In this document: one piece after another, positions 35,659 through 41,266 of the stretch | How the letters are laid out: every line of letters starts with the position of its first letter | How positions within the stretch are numbered: the first letter of the stretch is position 1 | IMG/VR virus record: IMGVR_UViG_3300005077_000040 | Coordinates: 1-41,266 of that record | Length of the DNA stretch: 41,266 nucleotides | Strand: one strand, 5' to 3' | Origin: a virus | Lineage: Duplodnaviria; Caudoviricetes | Program-made: the position numbers and the translations under genes | The notes under the pieces: model-generated | Database searches by the model: none | Told to the model about the DNA's origin: nothing | The model's input: the letters and a program-made list of their open reading frames with translations, nothing else

Positions 35659-37710
35659 TCACACCACCCCCGCGGAATCCGAAAACGCAGCCACAAGCGC
35701 CAGCCGAACACGGTCAGGAAGCTGGGCAAACTCAGGCGTCGTCATCAGTTCTGGCGCCCCTTTAATCACTTCCAGCATCGCGGCAAACGTCTCGTTCTCC
35801 GCCTCCGCTGGCATTCCTTCCGTTTGTCCAGCCGAAATTTGCTTAAATTGCTCAAACGCTCGCTCCTTCATTTTCTCCGCGTCCGCCTTTTCCTGCTGCC
35901 GCGCAAGCCATTTCTTTGCCCGCGCCTTGTCTTTCAGCGTCGGAGCCGCGTCAATGAGCTGCTCAGGACTCAACGCCCCGCGCTCAAACAGCGCCAACGA
36001 CTCGTCCCACTCCGAATAGGGATCATCGGGCAAAATCGACTCCGCCGACACGTCGATATTCATCTTAAATTGCCTTCCAGCAGCCGCGTCAAACCTGACA
36101 TAACTCGAGTTCCCCATCTCGTCCTGCTGCTTCTGATAGTTCACACCCCCGCGCATATTCTGTATGATGAATGCCCAATGCTTAAAAATTTCTCGAATCC
36201 ATTCCACCTGCTCATCCAGTTTCGGCTGGAACGTCCCCGTAGCCGCCGCTCGTAGCTCCCGAATTTTCCGCCCGCTATCCTCGCTGAACTGGTTAAATCC
36301 CCGCAGCGCGTCGCTCAAATGCGTGATCCGATCCACCCAATTTTTCAGATACTCCAGCCACCACTTCACATCATTGCCCAGCCGCGGTGGCTCCAAAAAC
36401 CGCACCCCAGCGGGATTGGGCGATACAAGAATCTGCCCTGGCTCGTTTGTGATCTCCGCGTTATCGTCCCCCGACACCCGCGTTCCCTCGCCAATCACCA
36501 TTTTTGGATTGCCCGTGAAACGGATATTGTCCGTCACGTTGCTCGCCATAAGATTTACACGCAGCGCCAGGTCTTCGATCTGCGCAATCTCGCTTATCCC
36601 GTAGAAATCCCCCGACTGCCGATAGTTCACATTTTCAAAAAAGGGAGGCCGCCCGAACGGATTCTCAGACTCCTCAACGATCCAGTCCTCGTGCCCGAGA
36701 ATGATCGTCACCCGTTTTGCCCCGCTCGCGAAGCGTTGCCGCATCCGCTTTTCAACCTGCACACTCCCGTCGTCATTTATTTTCCGCTCGCCCGTCTCAT
36801 CGTCGTAAATCTCAGTTTCATACTCCATTTCGCTGCTGTCAGGCATGTAGCATTCCAGCACCATCGCGTGGCCAGCCTTTTTCGCCGATCCACTCGGCCA
36901 GGTAACAGTATTCTCCAACAGCGTCTTAATCGCCGCATACACGCGCCCCATGTATCCTGTTTTCTGCGTCGTCGTGCTAAACTTCTTCTCGTCGTCAAAT
37001 TCTCCCACCGCAGCCTTGTCGATCCCCTCAATCCCGTACAGACGCCTGATTTTATCCAGGCTCATCACAACCGCATAAATGAACGGCTCGTCCTTGTGCG
37101 CCTCAATCGACTCCGCGTTCGGCGACGGGTAAATCGTGTTCAGGTCGCACAGCGTATTAACAATCTCGTTCGCGCTCGGATCAAACACACTGCGCAGTAC
37201 CGCGATCCCAACTTTTCCCTTCTCGCGGTACGCTATGCGCGACACCGCCTGCATCTTCGTCTCTTTCCAGATTTTTATCAGCTCTTGTTGCAGCTTCTCA
37301 GCGTAATCAGACGCCTCCTTCTGAATCGCCTCAAGTGCCTGGGCCGCCGCGTCCGCCTCTGGCCCCTCGCCTTGCGAAATCTGGTAAAGCTGATCATATC
37401 CCTGCACCGTCTCATCGCCCAGCTCAGGCTCCACGTCTGGCATCGGCGGTCGGCTCGTCGCGACAGGCAGCCCTGTCTCGATCACATCGAACGCAATCGC
37501 GATTTTCACCTTGCTCAAATAGGAGGGCCGCCAAATCGAATGCGCCTCATACGGCTCGTTCTCGTACATCTTCGAATACCGCTCCGCGTTCGTGAATATA
37601 TTTCGACTTTCGATGTACTTTTTCGACCGCCTGTACGCATTTACAACGTACTGGTAAAGCTCCGCGTCCCGCCTGACGCCCATTCGCTTCATTTCAAAAT
37701 CGGCACTCAT
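35659..37710 (-). CDS. Portal protein (P22-like family)
   Basis: Follows TerL with an ATGA overlap at 37707-37710. Motifs NPFGRPPF, FYG.SE...IEDL, NP..VI and SG..I..L. The ORF-track start at 37929 lies inside terL. Confidence 0.85.
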   Translation of the reverse strand: MSADFEMKRMGVRRDAELYQYVVNAYRRSKKYIESRNIFTNAERYSKMYENEPYEAHSIWRPSYLSKVKIAIAFDVIETGLPVATSRPPMPDVEPELGDETVQGYDQLYQISQGEGPEADAAAQALEAIQKEASDYAEKLQQELIKIWKETKMQAVSRIAYREKGKVGIAVLRSVFDPSANEIVNTLCDLNTIYPSPNAESIEAHKDEPFIYAVVMSLDKIRRLYGIEGIDKAAVGEFDDEKKFSTTTQKTGYMGRVYAAIKTLLENTVTWPSGSAKKAGHAMVLECYMPDSSEMEYETEIYDDETGERKINDDGSVQVEKRMRQRFASGAKRVTIILGHEDWIVEESENPFGRPPFFENVNYRQSGDFYGISEIAQIEDLALRVNLMASNVTDNIRFTGNPKMVIGEGTRVSGDDNAEITNEPGQILVSPNPAGVRFLEPPRLGNDVKWWLEYLKNWVDRITHLSDALRGFNQFSEDSGRKIRELRAAATGTFQPKLDEQVEWIREIFKHWAFIIQNMRGGVNYQKQQDEMGNSSYVRFDAAAGRQFKMNIDVSAESILPDDPYSEWDESLALFERGALSPEQLIDAAPTLKDKARAKKWLARQQEKADAEKMKERAFEQFKQISAGQTEGMPAEAENETFAAMLEVIKGAPELMTTPEFAQLPDRVRLALVAAFSDSAGVV

Positions 37711-39152
37711 AAGCTGAACTCTCCTGGCTCGCTCCGTCCCCGCCGCGCTTCTATCATTATTTTTTCGTGCAGCGTCCTCGGCTGCTCTTTTTCTCGCGCA
37801 CCCGCACGAATGTACATAATCGCGTAGCGGTCCGTGTCGCACGCATCGTCCCCGTCTTGCTTTAACATATCTTCGGGGTTTAGTTTCGAGTGTATCTGCG
37901 CAGGATACGCCGCCAGTGTCGCTTTGCACGTGTTAAAAATAAAGTATTTTGGTGGTCGAAAAATCTTCCGCTTGCCGTTATCGCCGATTTTCCCATCCCA
38001 TTTAAGCAAGCTCCGCAAATTTGCCCAACCCGTCACCCTGGCCTTATTCGCCTTTAGCATCAGCAAATTCGACTTCCCCAGCTCCGCGTTGATCTGCAAA
38101 GCAATCGACTTATCACTGTAAAACTCATCCCCCCCTGTCTTCCGAAACGGGTTCACCTCCCACATCTGCGTATCACCCACGCCAAACCTCAGCCCCTTGT
38201 CACCAGCCGACAGTTCTCGAATCCGCTCGCCAACATCCGCAGGAGACGTTTCAAGAAACTCCGCCTCGCGATACTTGTAAATCGTCCCGTCGTAATCCGT
38301 TGCATACCATCCCACGTGACAGGGATGCGGAGAATACCCCCAATCGACCGCGAACAACTTCCCCCAATTCGCATCAATCGCAAACGGCTCAACCCCGTGC
38401 ACGTCGCGCCTGAAGTCCTGAAAAAACTGGCCGATAAACACATCCCAGTCCCCATCCAGGTAAGCGCGCCTTAAATCGTCGGGAAGGTCCTGCAAATTTT
38501 TAAGATATTCTGGGTTAGCTTTTATAAAAATAGGATTGTCGTAAATTAAAGCAGGAATGAAAGTATATTGCGCAGGGGTCTCGTTCGGATCGAACTTTCT
38601 GTCTACAAACAGCCGCTTCACCCAGCCATGCCCGATCCCCCCTGGGTTTCCAGTCAATAGAAATTTTGATTTGAATTTCGGGTTTCGCGCAATCACGGCA
38701 GGATCGCTTCGCAGCGACGTTTTCAAAATTTTAAACACTTCTTCCTCGTGCTGCGTCGCCTCGTCTAACGTAATGTCGTCGAACTCAATGCCTTGAAAAT
38801 GATACACATCGTTTGTGTACTGTAAATAATTAAATTCCGTCAGAGACCCGTTCGGGTAATAAATTGTTTTCTCCGACGCCCTGTACCAGGCCCGCGTCTC
38901 TGGGTACTCTATAAAAAATTTTCGAATGTGATTCGACAGTAACTCAGGGTAGTTCTTACGAATAATCGTCCCCGTCGTCCCTGGATACTCCATGCGCCGT
39001 GAAAACTCGTTGGCACGCACGAGGTAGCTTTTCCCTCCGCCCTTTGCTCCGCCATAAAAAGTATAAACAGCCGATCCGCTCTCGCTGCGTTGCAAGGTTT
39101 TGTAAGCCTCGAACTGCTTCGGCTGCAATTCTATATCTGTTTTTTTTTCCAT
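37707..39152 (-). CDS. terL: Terminase large subunit
   Basis: Walker A YGGAKGGGKS, Walker B ITLDEA, coupling motif TGNPGG, and nuclease acidic residues AVDWG and DDACDTDRY. Confidence 0.95.
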   Translation of the reverse strand: MEKKTDIELQPKQFEAYKTLQRSESGSAVYTFYGGAKGGGKSYLVRANEFSRRMEYPGTTGTIIRKNYPELLSNHIRKFFIEYPETRAWYRASEKTIYYPNGSLTEFNYLQYTNDVYHFQGIEFDDITLDEATQHEEEVFKILKTSLRSDPAVIARNPKFKSKFLLTGNPGGIGHGWVKRLFVDRKFDPNETPAQYTFIPALIYDNPIFIKANPEYLKNLQDLPDDLRRAYLDGDWDVFIGQFFQDFRRDVHGVEPFAIDANWGKLFAVDWGYSPHPCHVGWYATDYDGTIYKYREAEFLETSPADVGERIRELSAGDKGLRFGVGDTQMWEVNPFRKTGGDEFYSDKSIALQINAELGKSNLLMLKANKARVTGWANLRSLLKWDGKIGDNGKRKIFRPPKYFIFNTCKATLAAYPAQIHSKLNPEDMLKQDGDDACDTDRYAIMYIRAGAREKEQPRTLHEKIMIEARRGRSEPGEFSL

Positions 39153-39159
39153 TTTATCC

Positions 39160-39215
39160 TAAAAAAAAACGGGCGGCCAGCAGACGCGCTTCGGAGGGAT
39201 TATAGCCAGCCGCCC
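39160..39215 (-). terminator. Terminator/attenuator-like hairpin upstream of terL
   Basis: Minus strand GGGCGGC...GCCGCCC followed by a long T run just before the terL RBS. Confidence 0.5.
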
Positions 39216-39235
39216 TTTCGTTACTGGTTTAAATT

Positions 39236-39475
39236 CTAAACAAACCCTCGCGCCTTCTCGAGCATCTCTATTGCTTTCTCTGTATCTTCGTTTTTTTTAA
39301 TCGCATTCAAAAACAACAGTCTATCAACAACAACATCGATCATAACCGCAACCTGCACGCCGTTTTCCGCCTTCCCCTCAGCCTGCCACAAAATAATAAA
39401 CCCCTGCCCGCTCGTAACGCCGCCAGCCGCATTCCCGCGCTCATCGAGGCGATGATTCGAAAAAAAATTACCCAT
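39236..39475 (-). CDS. Tad1/Acb2-like small protein (C-terminally short)
   Basis: I.WQ....NGVQ...I....DRL.FLN......KAI..LE.A resembles the Tad1 core pattern FQ.G...NG......DRL..FQ...EN..A...EEA. Confidence 0.5.
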   Translation of the reverse strand: MGNFFSNHRLDERGNAAGGVTSGQGFIILWQAEGKAENGVQVAVMIDVVVDRLLFLNAIKKNEDTEKAIEMLEKARGFV

Positions 39476-39821
39476 TCATCTCTCCGTCGTCTTCTTTGCG
39501 CTTCACGGTAATCACCCATGCCCCCGCGGTCGTACCGTCGCCTGGATTATTGCTCTCCTGTGCCATTTCAAGCAACTTTTTCGCCGCCGCCACATTCCCC
39601 GTGTCCTTGCTCATCGCGATCGCCTCCAGCCGACGCGTTATTCGCAGTGCGATTTGCTTCGCGTACTCGGGCACCGCCTTCGCAATTTTATCCTTGTGTT
39701 TTCGACGTAAAATGTAAAACGTCTGCTCCGAAACGCCTAATATAGCCGCGATCTCCTGGTTTGTCTTCTCACCCTCATATTTTTCAAGCGCTTCGAGAAA
39801 TATTTTAGGCGGTACCTTCAT
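39468..39821 (-). CDS. Putative terminase small subunit (N-terminal HTH)
   Basis: TNQEIAAILGVSEQTFY HTH, helical middle with AAAKKLLE and a C-terminal beta strand. Lies upstream of terL with an AGGAG RBS. Confidence 0.65.
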   Translation of the reverse strand: MKVPPKIFLEALEKYEGEKTNQEIAAILGVSEQTFYILRRKHKDKIAKAVPEYAKQIALRITRRLEAIAMSKDTGNVAAAKKLLEMAQESNNPGDGTTAGAWVITVKRKEDDGEMNG

Positions 39822-39856
39822 TCATTCTCCTAAATCTTTTCTCAATGTCAATCTCG

Positions 39857-40066
39857 TCAATTCGAAAACTCACTCCGAACATTTTTATTTTTTTTTTCTT
39901 TTTCCGCAACGGCCTTAACCATCGCAATCGTTACGTCCTCCGCTTCCTCAACAACGACTTTTCTTTTAGAATAAAACACAACAGCAAACCAGGCGACAAG
40001 GATAGTATACAGCGCCAGAAAGCCGACAAGCCCTGATATAACATAAATATATTGTATAACTTCCAT
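39857..40066 (-). CDS. Small single-TM protein
   Basis: Hydrophobic N-terminal helix, charged tail, GAGGGG RBS. Confidence 0.55.
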   Translation of the reverse strand: MEVIQYIYVISGLVGFLALYTILVAWFAVVFYSKRKVVVEEAEDVTIAMVKAVAEKEKKNKNVRSEFSN

Positions 40067-40239
40067 CCCCTCTCACCTTTCAGATTTTCAAGACGCCCGT
40101 TTTTATTTAAAAAAGGCGGGCGTCTCGACGAACAAGGAGTTTTACCTGCACAGATTACACACTACAGCTAAAACATAACAGAGTGTTTATTAAAAAACAA
40201 CTAAAAATATTAGCTTTCTAAAAATAGTCTTTTTTTTAC

Positions 40240-40268
40240 TTGTTTTATATTTAACTCTTACATAAATT
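40240..40268 (+). promoter_or_regulatory. Putative sigma70-type promoter
   Basis: TTGTTT-17 bp-TAAATT, upstream of ORF 40312. Confidence 0.4.
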
Positions 40269-40311
40269 ATACAGCATAACAAATAAAATATTAGCATACT
40301 AAAAGGCACCG

Positions 40312-40644
40312 ATGAAACACACAACGTTATACTTAGACGAGGACGATCTTAGAATCGCCGCCTACATGCTTAAAATAAACAAGACACGACAATCGATAAG
40401 CAGCTACATAAGACAATCCATTCACAACTTAATCATAAGCGGCACCCTACCCGCCGCCTCTTTAGAAAAAATGCCAGCAGGCTCAAGAAAACTGCACGAA
40501 TACGCCTGCCCCCTCTGCCTCACAACAATAGACAGCGCAAACCTTATAAAATCAACCCCCCTCACCCCCTCCCTGATCCTTGAAATCTGGGAATGCACCA
40601 TCTGCTCAAACTTTTTCACTCTCAAACGTCAAATAAAAACATAA
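40312..40644 (+). CDS. Putative regulator: ribbon-helix-helix-like N-terminus plus C4 zinc ribbon
   Basis: MKHTTLYLDEDD...SISSYIRQSI fits the RHH pattern. CPLC...CTIC forms the zinc ribbon. Confidence 0.55.
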   Translation: MKHTTLYLDEDDLRIAAYMLKINKTRQSISSYIRQSIHNLIISGTLPAASLEKMPAGSRKLHEYACPLCLTTIDSANLIKSTPLTPSLILEIWECTICSNFFTLKRQIKT

Positions 40645-40760
40645 TCTTAACGTTTTTTTCTTTCAAGTCAATCCTGCCAACAACGTCAACCCTGTCAATA
40701 AAAAAAAACCACCTAACCCATTATTATTTTTACCCACAAAAAAAATAATTAAAATTTTCC

Positions 40761-40789
40761 TTGACATTTGTATTTATTTGTAGTAAATT
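40761..40789 (+). promoter_or_regulatory. Strong sigma70-type early promoter
   Basis: TTGACA-17 bp-TAAATT with an upstream A-tract (UP-element-like). Confidence 0.75.
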
Positions 40790-40834
40790 GTAGTCGTAAT
40801 CACAAACACTACCACTTTAACAAGGAGAACTAAA

Positions 40835-41026
40835 ATGAAAAAAGAATTAGAATATCAGATCGCAGAAAACAAAAAAGCATTAAAACTTGCAAGAAGAGAA
40901 TTTCTTGCTCTGGATGGAACTGCGCCATCAATTCGACAAGCAGAACTAAATTAAACCCGAACTATCTCTTTGATAGAAGGAGAAATAATCGGATTACAAT
41001 ATGCACTAACATTACTGGAGAACTAA
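40835..41026 (+). pseudogene. Small early gene split by an in-frame TAA (39 aa plus 23 aa)
   Basis: AAGGAG RBS and ATG 40835. TAA at 40952-40954, after which the frame stays open (TRTISLIEGEIIGLQYALTLLEN) to TAA 41026, next to the following start. Confidence 0.45.
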
Positions 41027-41027
41027 A

Positions 41028-41210
41028 ATGAAAACGATGGGTTGGTCAACTGAGCAAGCAAGCAGATTTCAGGAGTTTTTAAATCGATTAGATGTTGAGT
41101 TATCTGATAAACAATTAGCAGAAACACAATCCGACTTCATCGATTACGAGGAAGACGAAGAAATAATGACATTCGACACGTTTAAAGAACGTGTCCGCGC
41201 AAGATTGTAA
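41028..41210 (+). CDS. Small acidic early protein
   Basis: 60 aa ORF with a GGAG RBS, followed by a terminator. Confidence 0.65.
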   Translation: MKTMGWSTEQASRFQEFLNRLDVELSDKQLAETQSDFIDYEEDEEIMTFDTFKERVRARL

Positions 41211-41216
41211 TCAATA

Positions 41217-41251
41217 CGCCTGCCTGGTCAAATGATCGGGCAGGCGGTTTT
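41217..41251 (+). terminator. Rho-independent terminator
   Basis: Stem CGCCTGCCTGGTCA/TGATCGGGCAGGCG followed by GTTTT. Confidence 0.7.
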
Positions 41252-41266
41252 AATCGGACTATTGTA

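Noticed and set aside
8189-37827. Many long plus-strand ORFs (e.g. 10001..11986, 27254..28294, 36319..37827)
   Set aside because: They are antisense shadows of real minus-strand genes. The codon bias and C-rich skew deplete stop codons, and they show no recognisable motifs.
37711-37929. Extended N-terminus of the portal protein
   Set aside because: It overlaps terL. The ATGA-coupled start at 37710 is more plausible.
40091-40125. Hairpin AGACGCCCG...CGGGCGTCT as an ncRNA or terminator
   Set aside because: The inverted repeat is real, but it has no adjacent T tail or other evidence for a function.
40835-41026. Stop-codon reassignment
   Set aside because: TAA, TAG and TGA all terminate other genes normally in this window.

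Overview
The window is a large part of a podovirus-like phage or prophage genome. A ~37.7 kb minus-strand late/virion operon (about 40066 down to 2356) runs: putative TerS, a Tad1/Acb2-like protein, TerL, portal, scaffold, major capsid, two paralogous decoration proteins, two adaptor paralogs, a tail nozzle-like protein and ejection-type proteins. It continues with a ~5470 aa large polyvalent protein (DarB-like N6-adenine MTase plus SF2 helicase, two HExxH motifs, LPD23-like domain), two signal-peptide-bearing fibre-like proteins, membrane proteins, an adjacent dockerin-like and cohesin-like gene pair, and a Fis-type HTH protein. The plus-strand accessory region at 1-2065 is built like an integron cassette array: small phage genes are bounded by complementary core/inverse-core heptamers and attC-like hairpins in both orientations. 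No integrase is seen, and the 3' end of a group IIC-like intron sits exactly in an attC core. At the right end are divergent early promoters and small genes. No endolysin, integrase, replication genes, rRNA, tRNA or CRISPR array were recognised. All family assignments come from motifs recognised by eye, not from database searches.
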